A DNA stretch of 64,000 bases, taken from the NCBI GenBank assembly GCA_017440965.1, contig JAFSGH010000005.1, positions 11,507-75,506 of the forward strand, written 5' to 3'. The notes below the pieces were generated by a model. That model was not told the origin of the DNA. It ran no database searches and saw only the letters and a program-made list of their open reading frames with translations. A program made the translations under genes and the position numbers. Below, one piece after another: positions 18,314-28,246 of this stretch. Within the stretch, counting starts at the first letter, position 1. Each line of letters begins with the position of its first letter. The DNA is from Clostridia bacterium (lineage in GTDB: Bacteria > Bacillota > Clostridia > Oscillospirales > Acutalibacteraceae).

Positions 18314-18549
18314 CTGAGAACCCCTCCATTCTTTTCTTCTTTAACAGCTAAGTAACGGAAAAACGCTGTATTCTCGAAAAAAGGCGCACTGCACCCCTGT
18401 TTCTACAGTTTTACATTATATAATAGCGGACCTTAGTCTGTCAACTGTTTTTTTTGTAAAGAATATCTTATTTTTTTTATTATTTATTGTTTATTTCAGA
18501 AATTTATTGTATCATAATACATATATAATGTTTATTGTGGGGTGTCTTG

Positions 18550-19761
18550 ATGAATCAGCTCATTGAAAAGAGAAGAGCAAGAATAATCAATGTCATATAT
18601 TTTGCTTTGTTTGCCGCTATTGCCTATTTCGCATTCAAGTGGTTTTGCCCCTTGATAATGCCGTTTATTTTTGCCTTTATATTTGCAAGTATTCTTAATC
18701 GCCCGATAACAGCTCTTAATAAGAAGATACATGTTAAGAGATCGATGCTCAGTGTGGCCGCTGTTTTATTTGCTGTCATTGCTGTTTCGTTTGTCTTTTT
18801 TCTTATCGGATGGGAGCTTTTTGAGAAAATAAGAGGCTTTATAGATTATCTTATCGTACAGTTCCAGAATGTGTCATCATTGATAAACAGTCTGAAGCTG
18901 TGGGTTCTTGATGTGACTGCATTTCTGCCTGAGGGAATAAGGACAGTTCTTCATGAAAATGTATCTGCCTTTTTTGATAATATAATTAAAAACGGTTTTT
19001 CTAATGTTTCAATCGATACTTCGGGTATAGATTGGACAGCTCTTTTATCCAAGGGCGGACAGGTTCTTACGGGAACTGTAGGAAAAATACCTTCATTTCT
19101 TATTGCGATTGTTATTTTTATTATTTCAACCGTATTTATCGCGTCTGATTATGATGCGATAAAGACCTTTTGTGTGAAACAGCTTTCGGAAGCGAATGCA
19201 AAAAAAATTTCAACTGCTTGGACTCTCGGCGTAAGCTCTCTTAAGAAAATGATCCGTGCCTATTGTCTTATTATCCTTATTACTACATTTGAGCTTACGG
19301 TCGGACTCTATATTCTTAAATTTACCGGTGTGTTTGATAATCCATATATTCCGTTTATTGCTTTCGGCATAGCTATTATTGATATTATTCCTGTGCTGGG
19401 TACCGGTACGGTGCTTATTCCCTGGTCTGTATTTTCTTTTATAAACGGAAAGCTCGGACTTGGTATCGGGCTCCTGATACTTTATGTTGTGATCCTTGTT
19501 ATCCGTCAGGTCATAGAGCCTAAGCTTGTTGCGGGACAGGTAGGGCTTCCTCCTATTGTTACGATCATCGCTATGTATGTGGGTTCAAAGACTCTCGGTG
19601 TTCTCGGTTTTTTCATTCTTCCGTTTATTGTTATTCTCATTAAAGTATTCAATGATGCAGGGATAATACATCTCTTTAAGGATCATCATACAGAGGAGAG
19701 GGAAGAGGCGGAAAAGGGTGATGCACAGCAAGTAATGGAAAGAAATGAAAAAAATGCATAA
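18550..19761 (+). CDS. AI-2E (PerM/YtvI-like) family integral membrane protein
   Basis: The topology is about 8 TM segments, with a conserved IPVLGTG...IPW loop typical of the AI-2E family. The start was taken at ATG 18550 (MNQLIEKRR). Confidence 0.7.
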   Translation: MNQLIEKRRARIINVIYFALFAAIAYFAFKWFCPLIMPFIFAFIFASILNRPITALNKKIHVKRSMLSVAAVLFAVIAVSFVFFLIGWELFEKIRGFIDYLIVQFQNVSSLINSLKLWVLDVTAFLPEGIRTVLHENVSAFFDNIIKNGFSNVSIDTSGIDWTALLSKGGQVLTGTVGKIPSFLIAIVIFIISTVFIASDYDAIKTFCVKQLSEANAKKISTAWTLGVSSLKKMIRAYCLIILITTFELTVGLYILKFTGVFDNPYIPFIAFGIAIIDIIPVLGTGTVLIPWSVFSFINGKLGLGIGLLILYVVILVIRQVIEPKLVAGQVGLPPIVTIIAMYVGSKTLGVLGFFILPFIVILIKVFNDAGIIHLFKDHHTEEREEAEKGDAQQVMERNEKNA

Positions 19762-19887
19762 AAAATTAATATTTTATTAAAAAATGTGTCAAAAAATAAG
19801 AATAATTCTTTTTTAGAAAAATAAAGCATTTATTTTGTGCTATATTAACTGTGTATTCGGATATTCGTATAGGGAGGCAGTGTATTT

Positions 19888-20160
19888 ATGCTTAATACTT
19901 TAATACAGACTATTGCCAATCTCGGCTTTGATGCAAATGCTATCACTGAGGCTTTTAATAAGGTTATATCTACTATTCAGAACGGAGATACATCATCTAT
20001 CTCAGGATTAATGGATATTTTTACCGGAATCGTGGCATCTCTTACAGGTGCAAGTGCAGCAGATATAAGTGCTATCATTTCTTCACTTGTTTCAAGTGTT
20101 GTTGAAATCTTATCTGATGATTCTGTCGGTAATATTATGTCCACTATTACAGGAGCATAA
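19888..20160 (+). CDS. Small acidic Ser/Ile-rich hypothetical protein (90 aa)
   Basis: The ORF has a good RBS (AGGGAGG, about 10 nt upstream of the ATG) and its own downstream terminator. I recognise no motif, signal peptide or Cys. Confidence 0.5.
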   Translation: MLNTLIQTIANLGFDANAITEAFNKVISTIQNGDTSSISGLMDIFTGIVASLTGASAADISAIISSLVSSVVEILSDDSVGNIMSTITGA

Positions 20161-20198
20161 TATATTTATACTGTCTTTTTTGTTGTTGCGTTTTGTTG

Positions 20199-20233
20199 CC
20201 CGGCAGATGTTTTCTGTCGGGTTATGTTTTTTT
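20199..20233 (+). terminator. Intrinsic terminator after the 90-aa ORF
   Basis: CCCGGCAG pairs with CTGTCGGG (one G-U pair), and a T-rich tract follows. Confidence 0.6.
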
Positions 20234-20282
20234 GTGAATTGCTATATATATAATGTAATTAATATATAAGGAGACTTTGCTG

Positions 20283-21011
20283 ATGAAGAAAATGTTATTG
20301 CCTGCATTAATGAGTATGTTCATTGTGTTGTGTGGCTGCACTTATGGTCTTCATCTCTCTGAAGAAATAACTACCCGCTCTGACGGTGAAGAATATTCTT
20401 CCTCGCTGTCCTTGCAGACAGAGTCCGTATCGGAAATTACATCTGAGGCGGAGACTTCTGTTATTGCGCCGGAAACAACGAAAGCTTTATCGGAAGAGAC
20501 ATCTGTTAACGAGGAGGAGTTGACATCCTTGACAGAAGAGCCGGAGACGGAGGTAAACACTCAGACTGTCACACAGTCTCAGGCTTCAACCGAGCCTGCA
20601 ACGGAAAAAGAAGAGCATTCAACTGCAAATGAGTTGCCGGTGACAGATGTTGATCTGAGTATTGAGATGCCTGAAAAGAATGGCACGATGGAGACAGATT
20701 CATCCCCCGATAACAGATTGATCCGGATCGTCTGCTCGGAGCGCGGAATTGATGCCGAGCTTCTTGCTGCTGTTTACGCGGTTCCTGAATCAGGTCAGAA
20801 TTATGTTTTTGAGTTTTATACTGCTGATAAAAGAACGGCCGATTCAATAAGAAGAGTATTTCTGATAAATGAAAAAGGTAAGATCACAAGTGTTGCGGCA
20901 GTAAAGGCGGATGAGAAGGAGAATATTTCTACTGTAGAAAATTGGTTTTGTATGAATGTTCTTATTAAAGAGGTAATTTATCCTGCGATCGCGGAAGAAT
21001 TAGCAGGATGA
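20283..21011 (+). CDS. Lipoprotein of unknown function with an S/E/T-rich linker
   Basis: The N-terminus MKKMLLPALMSMFIVLCGC carries a lipobox (L-C-G-C). An AAGGAG RBS lies 8 nt upstream of ATG 20283. Confidence 0.7.
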   Translation: MKKMLLPALMSMFIVLCGCTYGLHLSEEITTRSDGEEYSSSLSLQTESVSEITSEAETSVIAPETTKALSEETSVNEEELTSLTEEPETEVNTQTVTQSQASTEPATEKEEHSTANELPVTDVDLSIEMPEKNGTMETDSSPDNRLIRIVCSERGIDAELLAAVYAVPESGQNYVFEFYTADKRTADSIRRVFLINEKGKITSVAAVKADEKENISTVENWFCMNVLIKEVIYPAIAEELAG

Positions 21012-21221
21012 TACGCCCGGAAGCGTGTATAAAATCAGAGCATAAAAACGCATTTTTTATGGCATTTATTTTGTGACTTTTGAAAAATATGAAAAGCTGG
21101 CCCGTTGATGATAAAATATGCAGAATATTCACTAAAAATACAGGTAATATTGAATAAAATTACATGAAATAAAATACTTCAAAAAAATAGCACTTTTTAC
21201 GAAAATATTTTCAAAAAATTG

Positions 21222-21250
21222 TTGCAATTTACAGAAATATATGTTAGAAT
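21222..21250 (+). promoter_or_regulatory. Near-consensus sigma-A promoter of the S10 operon (TTGCAA, 17 nt, TAGAAT)
   Basis: The sequence reads TTGCAA tttacagaaatatatgt TAGAAT. It lies about 330 nt upstream of rpsJ, with no credible intervening ORF. Confidence 0.65.
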
Positions 21251-21255
21251 ACACG

Positions 21256-21576
21256 AGTGCTTGAATGGATTGGGCAAGTTCTGCCCATTTCTTACAGGCT
21301 GATATGCGATGATACGGAAGGTGGCTGCGCTTGACGCAGGGAATTTCCGTGGAGTATGTCCGATTAAAAAACCGGGCGAAGTATGACCGTTCAAGGGGGA
21401 AATCTGTGCCTTAACCGGATTTCCGCGTCCCTTTTGCGGCGAAAATTTCTTACAGTGACTGATCCGGAATAGCTTGCGAATATTCCGGATTTAAAAATGT
21501 GAAGGCGCGAACAACCCGGCGCCGTGTGGAAATTTTCAACTGAGCAGCCCGCCAAATTTCTAAGGAGGCGTTACCA
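21256..21576 (+). promoter_or_regulatory. Long, hairpin-rich 5' leader of the S10 operon (candidate cis-regulatory RNA)
   Basis: The leader is GC-richer than the flanking intergenic DNA. Its hairpins include TGGGCA/TGCCCA, ATCCGGAATA/TATTCCGGAT (followed by TTAAAAAT) and GGCGC/GCGCC. The only ORF here is a minus-strand artefact. Confidence 0.35.
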
Positions 21577-21891
21577 TTGGCAGTTAAGGAAAAGATCAGA
21601 ATCAGACTTAAGGGCTACGATCATTCACTCGTAGACAAGGCAGCGGAGAGAATCGTTGAAACAGCAAAGCGTACAGGCGCTCAGGTTTCAGGTCCCGTAC
21701 CGCTCCCCACAGAGAAGGAAGTTGTTACTATCCTTCGTGCTGTTCACAAGTATAAGGATTCCCGTGAACAGTTTGAGCAGAGAACCCACAAGAGACTCAT
21801 TGATATCATCAGACCCTCAGCAAAGACAGCTGAAGCTCTGACAAATCTTGAGCTTCCCGCCGGCGTTGATATCGAAATCAAAATGATGTGA
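21577..21891 (+). CDS. rpsJ: 30S ribosomal protein S10
   Basis: The translation [14 protein letters not shown]...HKRLIDI identifies it. It has a TTG start 8 nt after AGGAGG. Confidence 0.97.
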   Translation: MAVKEKIRIRLKGYDHSLVDKAAERIVETAKRTGAQVSGPVPLPTEKEVVTILRAVHKYKDSREQFEQRTHKRLIDIIRPSAKTAEALTNLELPAGVDIEIKMM

Positions 21892-21982
21892 TTTCGGTTG
21901 GCTATATGCAGTCGTAAGATTGTAAGGCACCGCAGGTCAAGTCGGCAATGCCGACCAATAATCTGAAGGAGGAAAAAACAAA

Positions 21983-22618
21983 ATGCAAAAAGGTCTTATC
22001 GGTAAGAAGATTGGCATGACTCAGCTTTTTGGCGAAAAGGGTGTAGTAATCCCCGTAACAGTTCTTGAAGTTGGTCCTTGCGCAGTCGTACAGAAGAAGA
22101 CAACAGAGAAGGACGGCTATAATGCAGTTCAGCTCGGTTTCGGCGACATGAAAGTAAATCGCGTAAATAAGCCCATGAAGGGACATTTCGCAAAGGCTGA
22201 TGTTGCCCCCAAGAAAGTTCTCAAGGAGTTCAGACTCGCAGACATCGAATCAGTTAATGTAGGTGATATCCTCAAGGCTGACATCTTCGCAGCAGGCGAA
22301 AAGGTTGATGTAAGCGGTACAAGCAAAGGTAAAGGTTACGCCGGCGCTATCAAGAGATGGAACTTCGGCAGACTTAAGGAAACACACGGTACCGGTCCCG
22401 TAGCAAGACATCAGGGTTCAATGGGCGCTTGCTCCGATCCCTCAAGAGTTTTCAAGGGAAAGAAGATGCCCGGTCATCTCGGTGCTGAAAAGGTTACAGT
22501 TCAGAATCTGGACGTAGTTAAGGTAGATGCAGAAAACAACCTTATCGCTGTTAAGGGCGCTGTTCCCGGCGCAAAGGGCGGTTATGTTGTTATCACAAAT
22601 GCCGTAAAGAAAGCGTAA
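21983..22618 (+). CDS. rplC: 50S ribosomal protein L3
   Basis: The translation [16 protein letters not shown] and the operon order identify it. Confidence 0.97.
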   Translation: MQKGLIGKKIGMTQLFGEKGVVIPVTVLEVGPCAVVQKKTTEKDGYNAVQLGFGDMKVNRVNKPMKGHFAKADVAPKKVLKEFRLADIESVNVGDILKADIFAAGEKVDVSGTSKGKGYAGAIKRWNFGRLKETHGTGPVARHQGSMGACSDPSRVFKGKKMPGHLGAEKVTVQNLDVVKVDAENNLIAVKGAVPGAKGGYVVITNAVKKA

Positions 22619-22632
22619 GGGAGGAATAAAAG

Positions 22633-23256
22633 ATGCCTAAAATTGACGTATTAAATATGGCTGGCGCTAAGGTATCCGAGCTTGAGCTTTGTGAGAGCAT
22701 ATTTGCTATCGAGCCCAATACATCGGCTATGCATATCGCAGTTGTAAATTATCTTGCAAATCAGCGTCAGGGTACTCAGTCAACCCTCACTCGCTCAGAA
22801 GTATCAGGCGGCGGAAAGAAGCCCTGGAGACAGAAGGGAACCGGTCGTGCAAGACAGGGTTCAACAAGAGCTCCCCAGTGGTATCACGGCGGTATTGCTC
22901 ACGGCCCCAAGCCCCGCAGCTACAGATTTGAAATCAATAAGAAAGTTAAGAGACTTGCTCTCAAGTCCGCTCTTTCTGCTAAGGTTGCAGCAAGCGAAAT
23001 GATCGTTCTTGAAGATCTTACACTTGCAGCTATTAAGACTAAGGAAGTTGTTAATGTTCTTACAGCTGTTAAGGCTGCAAAGAAGACACTTATCGTTCTT
23101 CCTGAAAAGAATGACGTTATCTATCGCAGCGCTCGTAACATCGAAGGTGTAAACGTTACATTTGTTAACACTCTCAATGTTTATGACATCCTTAACTGCG
23201 ACAGCATCGTAGTTCTCAAGGATGCGGTAGCAAAGATTGAGGAGGTTTATGCATAA
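22633..23256 (+). CDS. rplD: 50S ribosomal protein L4
   Basis: The motif KPWRQKGTGRARQGS and the operon order identify it. Confidence 0.97.
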   Translation: MPKIDVLNMAGAKVSELELCESIFAIEPNTSAMHIAVVNYLANQRQGTQSTLTRSEVSGGGKKPWRQKGTGRARQGSTRAPQWYHGGIAHGPKPRSYRFEINKKVKRLALKSALSAKVAASEMIVLEDLTLAAIKTKEVVNVLTAVKAAKKTLIVLPEKNDVIYRSARNIEGVNVTFVNTLNVYDILNCDSIVVLKDAVAKIEEVYA

Positions 23257-23552
23257 TGAGTAAGTTCGCACAGGATATAATCCTCAAGCCGGTAGTTACC
23301 GAAGAAAGCATGATGGGCACAGCATTTAAGAGGTACACCTTCGTTGTTGCCAAGGATGCTAATAAGATTGAAATCGCCAAGGCTGTTGAAGAGCTCTTCG
23401 GCGTTAAGGTTGACAAGGTCAACACAATGAATGTTCGTGGTCATTTACGTCGTTACGGCCGTTTCGAAGGCTACAAGCCCTCATGGAAAAAGGCTGTTGT
23501 AACTCTCTCAGAAGACTCCAAGACAATCGAGTTCTTTGACGGTATGTTCTAA
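23256..23552 (+). CDS. rplW: 50S ribosomal protein L23
   Basis: The 98-aa product fits the operon order. There is a TAATG stop-start overlap with rplD. Confidence 0.96.
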   Translation: MSKFAQDIILKPVVTEESMMGTAFKRYTFVVAKDANKIEIAKAVEELFGVKVDKVNTMNVRGHLRRYGRFEGYKPSWKKAVVTLSEDSKTIEFFDGMF

Positions 23553-23648
23553 TAGACCTTCCGGACAGCGATGTATGGTTTAGCCGGCCGCTAAACTATC
23601 CGGAACCGAACACAATTTTTTGAAATAATGAAAGGCGTGTGAATTAAA

Positions 23649-24482
23649 ATGGCTATAAAAGTCTATAAGCCGACAACAAACGGTCGCCGTAACATGTCTA
23701 CAACAGACTACACTCAGTTGTCTAAGGTAGCTCCCGAGAGAAGCCTTCTTGAGCCCCTCAAGAAGACATCCGGCAGAAACAGCTACGGCAGAATCACCGT
23801 TCGTCATCACGGCGGCGGTAACCGTCAGAAGTACAGAGTAATCGATTTTAAGAGAAACAAGATCGATATGCCCGCAACTGTACAGACTCTTGAATACGAT
23901 CCCAACCGTTCAGCATTTATTGCACTCATCCAGTATGAGGACGGTACAAAGAGCTATATCATTGCTCCCTCAGGCCTTAAGGTCGGAGACGTAGTAGTTG
24001 CAGGTCCTGCAGCAGACATCAAGGTTGGTAACGCTCTTCCTCTTGTGAATATCCCCACAGGTACATTTATTCACAATGTAGAACTTTATCCCGGCCGCGG
24101 CGGTCAGCTTGCAAGAAGTGCAGGTAACGCAGCACAGCTTATGGCTAAGGAAGGAAAGTACGCTCTCCTTCGTCTTCCCTCAGGCGAGCTTCGTAATGTT
24201 CCCGTTGATTGCATGGCAACAATCGGTACAGTAAGTAACGAAGATCACATCAACGTTAAGATCGGTAAAGCAGGTCGTACCCGTCATATGGGTATCCGTC
24301 CCACAGTCCGCGGTTCAGTTATGAACCCCTGTGATCACCCCCACGGTGGTGGTGAAGGTAAGTCACCCATCGGCCGTCCCGGTCCTGTTACTCCCTGGGG
24401 CAAGCCCGCTCTTGGTTATAAGACTCGTGCAAAGCATAAGCGTTCCGATAAGCTTATCGTAAGACGCGCTAATGCTAAATAA
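23649..24482 (+). CDS. rplB: 50S ribosomal protein L2
   Basis: The motifs [16 protein letters not shown] and [14 protein letters not shown] identify it. Confidence 0.98.
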   Translation: MAIKVYKPTTNGRRNMSTTDYTQLSKVAPERSLLEPLKKTSGRNSYGRITVRHHGGGNRQKYRVIDFKRNKIDMPATVQTLEYDPNRSAFIALIQYEDGTKSYIIAPSGLKVGDVVVAGPAADIKVGNALPLVNIPTGTFIHNVELYPGRGGQLARSAGNAAQLMAKEGKYALLRLPSGELRNVPVDCMATIGTVSNEDHINVKIGKAGRTRHMGIRPTVRGSVMNPCDHPHGGGEGKSPIGRPGPVTPWGKPALGYKTRAKHKRSDKLIVRRANAK

Positions 24483-24502
24483 ACGGAAAGGAGCAATAAA
24501 TA

Positions 24503-24784
24503 ATGGGCAGAAGTGTTAAAAAAGGACCTTTCGTGCAGGCTAAGCTTTACGATAGAGTCATTAAAATGAATGAAAAGGGCGAGAAGATCGTTCTTAAGAC
24601 CTGGAGCCGCAGCTCCACAATCTTCCCTGATTTTGTTGGTCACACCTTTGCCGTTCATGACGGACGTAAGCACGTTCCGGTTTATGTAACAGAAGATATG
24701 GTTGGTCACAAATTAGGTGAATTTGCTCCTACAAGAACCTTCAAAGGTCATGCAGGATCCAAGACATCAAATAACGGTAAATAA
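24503..24784 (+). CDS. rpsS: 30S ribosomal protein S19
   Basis: The motifs GRSVKKGPF and [23 protein letters not shown] identify it. Confidence 0.98.
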   Translation: MGRSVKKGPFVQAKLYDRVIKMNEKGEKIVLKTWSRSSTIFPDFVGHTFAVHDGRKHVPVYVTEDMVGHKLGEFAPTRTFKGHAGSKTSNNGK

Positions 24785-24803
24785 GCCGAAAGGAGTGTAA
24801 ACA

Positions 24804-25139
24804 ATGGAAGCAAGAGCAAAAGCGACTTTTGAGCGTATAGCTCCCCGTAAGGTTAAGCTCGTTCTTGACCTTATAAGAAACAAGCCCGCTGATGAAGCTA
24901 TGGCAATCCTTAAGTTCACACCCAAGGCTGCGTGTGAACCCGTTGCAAAGCTTCTTAAATCCGCGATGGCAAATGCGGAAAACAACTATGATATGGATGT
25001 TTCCAGACTTTATGTAGCAGAGTGTTCAGTATCTCAGGGCCCCACTCTTAAGAGAATCAGACCCAGAGCACACGGCAGAGCATTCAGAATAAACAAGAAG
25101 ACATCACACATCAACCTTGTACTCAAGGAAATGGAATAA
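24804..25139 (+). CDS. rplV: 50S ribosomal protein L22
   Basis: Operon order and the 111-aa basic product identify it. Confidence 0.96.
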   Translation: MEARAKATFERIAPRKVKLVLDLIRNKPADEAMAILKFTPKAACEPVAKLLKSAMANAENNYDMDVSRLYVAECSVSQGPTLKRIRPRAHGRAFRINKKTSHINLVLKEME

Positions 25140-25160
25140 TCGGGGAGGAGGAATTAAACA

Positions 25161-25832
25161 ATGGGACAGAAAATTAATCCTACCGGTTTAAGAATCGGTG
25201 TCATTAAGGATTGGGAATCTCGCTGGTATGCAGGTAAGTCCACATTCGGCGATACTCTTGTAGCTGACTACAATGTTCGTGAGTATCTCCTCAATGCACT
25301 TAACTCCGCAGGTGTTCCCAAAATTGAAATTGAACGCGACCCCAAGAGAGTACGCATCAATATCCACTGCGCAAAGCCCGGTATGGTTATCGGTAAGGGC
25401 GGCGCAGAGATCGAAAAGATCAAGGCAACTTGCAAGAAGATGCTTGGCGAAAACAAGGATGTATTCATCAACATCATCGAGATCAAGCAGCCCGACCTCA
25501 ATTCTCAGCTCGTAGCAGAAAAGATCGCTATGCAGCTTGAAAAGAGAGTTTCCTTCCGCCGTGCAGTTAAGCAGGCAATCGGCAGCACAATGAGACTTGG
25601 TGCAGCAGGTATCAAGATCCAGTGCGGCGGCAGACTCGGCGGTGCAGAAATTGCTCGTTCCGAGACATATAAGGAAGGCACAATTCCGCTTCAGACAATC
25701 AGAGCTGATATCGATTACGGCTTTGCTGAGGCAAAGACAACCTACGGCCGTATCGGCGTAAAGGTTTGGATCTATAAGGGTGAGGTTCTTCACGAAGCTA
25801 CACCTAAGAAAAGAAGAGACAGGAGGGCTTAA
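25161..25832 (+). CDS. rpsC: 30S ribosomal protein S3
   Basis: The N-terminus [13 protein letters not shown] and the KH domain identify it. Confidence 0.98.
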   Translation: MGQKINPTGLRIGVIKDWESRWYAGKSTFGDTLVADYNVREYLLNALNSAGVPKIEIERDPKRVRINIHCAKPGMVIGKGGAEIEKIKATCKKMLGENKDVFINIIEIKQPDLNSQLVAEKIAMQLEKRVSFRRAVKQAIGSTMRLGAAGIKIQCGGRLGGAEIARSETYKEGTIPLQTIRADIDYGFAEAKTTYGRIGVKVWIYKGEVLHEATPKKRRDRRA

Positions 25833-25834
25833 AA

Positions 25835-26260
25835 ATGTTATTGCCTAAGCGCGTTAAATACCGCAGACAGCAGAGAGGACGCCTTAAGGGCGCTGCACAT
25901 CGTGGCAATACAGTTACTTACGGCAATTTTGGCCTTGTAGCTCTTGAGCCCGCATGGATTACCTCAAATCAGATTGAAGCAGCCCGTATCGCTATGACAA
26001 GATACATCAAGCGTGGCGGTCAGGTATGGATCAAGATTTTCCCCGACAAGCCCATCACAGAGAAGCCTGCTGAAACCCGAATGGGTTCAGGTAAAGGTTC
26101 ACCTGAATATTGGGTAGCTGTAGTTAAGCCCGGCAGAGTTATGTTTGAGATTGCCGGTGTTGAGGAAAATGTAGCAAGAGAAGCTATGCGTCTTGCTGCA
26201 AACAAACTTCCCATAAAGTGTAAGTTTGTAACTAAGGAAGAACAGGGTGGTGAGTCATAA
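25835..26260 (+). CDS. rplP: 50S ribosomal protein L16
   Basis: The N-terminus [16 protein letters not shown] identifies it. Confidence 0.98.
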   Translation: MLLPKRVKYRRQQRGRLKGAAHRGNTVTYGNFGLVALEPAWITSNQIEAARIAMTRYIKRGGQVWIKIFPDKPITEKPAETRMGSGKGSPEYWVAVVKPGRVMFEIAGVEENVAREAMRLAANKLPIKCKFVTKEEQGGES

Positions 26261-26463
26261 TGAAAGCCAGTGAAATCAGAAAGATGTCCGCTGCGGAGTT
26301 GGATGCTAAGCTCCTTGAACTTAAGGATGAACTTTTTAAGCTGCGCTTCCAGCAGGCCATCAACCAGCTCGACAACCCCATGCGTATCAGCGCTGTAAAG
26401 AAAGACATCGCAAGAGTACTTACAGTACGCAGAGATGTAGAGCTTCACAGCAAGGATGCTTAA
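26260..26463 (+). CDS. rpmC: 50S ribosomal protein L29
   Basis: The 67-aa product contains ELFKLRFQ and fits the operon order. Confidence 0.96.
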   Translation: MKASEIRKMSAAELDAKLLELKDELFKLRFQQAINQLDNPMRISAVKKDIARVLTVRRDVELHSKDA

Positions 26464-26482
26464 GACAGGGAGGACAGAGTAA

Positions 26483-26737
26483 ATGGAAAGAAATTTAAGA
26501 AAGACCCGTGTCGGCATTGTAACAAGCGATAAGATGGATAAGACCGTAGTTGTTTCCGTTAAGGACAAGGTAAGACATCCTCTTTACAAGAAGATCGTGA
26601 ATCACACAATCAAGCTTAAGGCTCACGATGAGAACAACGAATGCGGCATTGGTGACCGTGTATTACTGATGGAAACCCGTCCTCTTTCCAAGGATAAGAG
26701 ATGGCGTGTGGTTAAAATCATCGAGAAAGCAAAATAA
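26483..26737 (+). CDS. rpsQ: 30S ribosomal protein S17
   Basis: The motifs [15 protein letters not shown] and RPLSKDKRW identify it. Confidence 0.97.
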   Translation: MERNLRKTRVGIVTSDKMDKTVVVSVKDKVRHPLYKKIVNHTIKLKAHDENNECGIGDRVLLMETRPLSKDKRWRVVKIIEKAK

Positions 26738-26749
26738 GGAGGCACATTC

Positions 26750-27118
26750 ATGATTCAGCAACAGACTTTACTCAAAGTTGCCGATAATACCGGTGCTAAG
26801 GAGCTTATGTGCATCCGTGTACTTGGCGGTACAGGCAGAAAGTATGCCAATATCGGTGATGTTGTAGTCGCTTCCGTTAAGAAGGCTACACCCGGCGGCG
26901 TTGTAAAAAAGGGTGACGTTGTTAAGGCAGTTATCGTTCGTTCTGCAAAGGGCGTAAGAAGAGATGACGGCACATACATCCGTTTCGATGAAAACGCAGC
27001 TGTTATAATCAAAGAAGATAAGAACCCCAGAGGTACACGTATCTTTGGACCGGTAGCAAGAGAGCTTCGTGATAAGGATTATTCCAAGATCCTCAGCCTC
27101 GCTCCCGAAGTACTTTAA
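26750..27118 (+). CDS. rplN: 50S ribosomal protein L14
   Basis: The N-terminus [17 protein letters not shown] identifies it. Confidence 0.98.
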   Translation: MIQQQTLLKVADNTGAKELMCIRVLGGTGRKYANIGDVVVASVKKATPGGVVKKGDVVKAVIVRSAKGVRRDDGTYIRFDENAAVIIKEDKNPRGTRIFGPVARELRDKDYSKILSLAPEVL

Positions 27119-27133
27119 TCGGAGGTGCGAAGA

Positions 27134-27457
27134 ATGAGTAACAAAGTTCATGTAAAGACCGGCGATACCGTAATTGTTATCAACGGCAAGGACAGAGGCA
27201 AGACCGGTAAGGTCATGGCAGTTTCTCCTTCCGAAGGTAAGGTAATCGTTGAAGGCGTAAATGTCGTATCAAAGCATGTTAAGCCCAGAAAGATGGGCGA
27301 AGCAGGCGGCATCATCAAGGCAGAAAGTGCTCTTTATGCTGACAAGGTTCAGCTCGTTTGCCCCAAGTGCGGCAAGGCTGTAAGAGTAGGCCATGTAGTA
27401 AATGATGCAGGCAAAAAAGTTCGCGTTTGCAAAAAGTGCGGCGCACACATTGAGTAA
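27134..27457 (+). CDS. rplX: 50S ribosomal protein L24 with a C-terminal Cys4 (CxxC...CxxC) motif
   Basis: A KOW motif (VKTGDTVIVINGKDRGKTGKV) is present, and the C-terminus reads LVCPKCGKAVRVGHVVNDAGKKVRVCKKCG. The start was taken at ATG 27134, 8 nt after GGAGG. Confidence 0.96.
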   Translation: MSNKVHVKTGDTVIVINGKDRGKTGKVMAVSPSEGKVIVEGVNVVSKHVKPRKMGEAGGIIKAESALYADKVQLVCPKCGKAVRVGHVVNDAGKKVRVCKKCGAHIE

Positions 27458-27476
27458 TTAAGGGAGGACAACAAAA

Positions 27477-28016
27477 ATGGCAAGACTTAAGACAATGTAC
27501 AATGCTGACGTTGCTCCCGCACTCATGAAGAAGTTTAACTACAAGAGTGTTATGCAGATTCCCAAGATTGATAAGGTTGTTATCAATGTTGGCTGCGGTG
27601 AAGCACGTGATAACCCCAAGGCAGTTGATGCTATCGTAGGCGATATCGGTAAGATCACCGGTCAGAAGCCCGTAGTTTGCCTTGCTAAGAAATCAGTCGC
27701 TAACTTTAAGCTTCGTGAGGGTATGCCCAACGGTGTTAAAGTTACTCTCAGAGGCGAGAGAATGTATGAGTTCCTTGACAGACTCTTCAATCTCGCTCTT
27801 CCCAGAGTTCGTGACTTCAGAGGCATTAACCCCAACTCCTTCGACGGCAGAGGTAACTACTCTCTCGGCGTAAAGGAACAGCTCATTTTCCCTGAAATTG
27901 AGTATGACAAGATCGACAAGGTTCGCGGTATGGATATTTGTATCGTAACTACTGCAGGAACCGACGAAGAAGCAAGAGAGCTCCTTTCCCTTATGGGCGC
28001 TCCCTTCGCAAAATAA
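27477..28016 (+). CDS. rplE: 50S ribosomal protein L5
   Basis: Operon order and the [20 protein letters not shown] motif identify it. Confidence 0.98.
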   Translation: MARLKTMYNADVAPALMKKFNYKSVMQIPKIDKVVINVGCGEARDNPKAVDAIVGDIGKITGQKPVVCLAKKSVANFKLREGMPNGVKVTLRGERMYEFLDRLFNLALPRVRDFRGINPNSFDGRGNYSLGVKEQLIFPEIEYDKIDKVRGMDICIVTTAGTDEEARELLSLMGAPFAK

Positions 28017-28029
28017 GGAGGGGTAAAAA

Positions 28030-28215
28030 ATGGCAAAGACATCAATGAAAGTTAAGCAGGCTAGACCCGCTAAGTATTCAACCAGAGCTTATAACAGATG
28101 CAAGATTTGCGGAAGACCCCACGCTTATTTGCGTAAGTACGGTGTATGCCGTATTTGCTTCAGAGAACTTGCACATGCCGGACAGATTCCCGGTGTTAAG
28201 AAAGCTAGCTGGTAA
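28030..28215 (+). CDS. rpsN: 30S ribosomal protein S14, zinc-binding type Z (61 aa)
   Basis: The sequence [23 protein letters not shown] supplies the Cys4 motif. Confidence 0.97.
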   Translation: MAKTSMKVKQARPAKYSTRAYNRCKICGRPHAYLRKYGVCRICFRELAHAGQIPGVKKASW

Positions 28216-28246
28216 TTAGAGCTTAAAGCAAAAGGAGGTTTACGGT

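Noticed and set aside
21197-21394. 65-aa minus-strand ORF in the rpsJ upstream region
   Set aside because: It has no RBS and an arbitrary composition, and it lies antisense within the predicted S10 leader.
21256-21576. Identification of the rpsJ leader as SRP RNA, 6S RNA, tmRNA or a T-box
   Set aside because: I could not find the SRP domain IV motif (GGAAG...AGCA context), a tmRNA tag ORF or tRNA-like ends, the T-box sequence, or the 6S-type long interrupted helix. The region remains unclassified.
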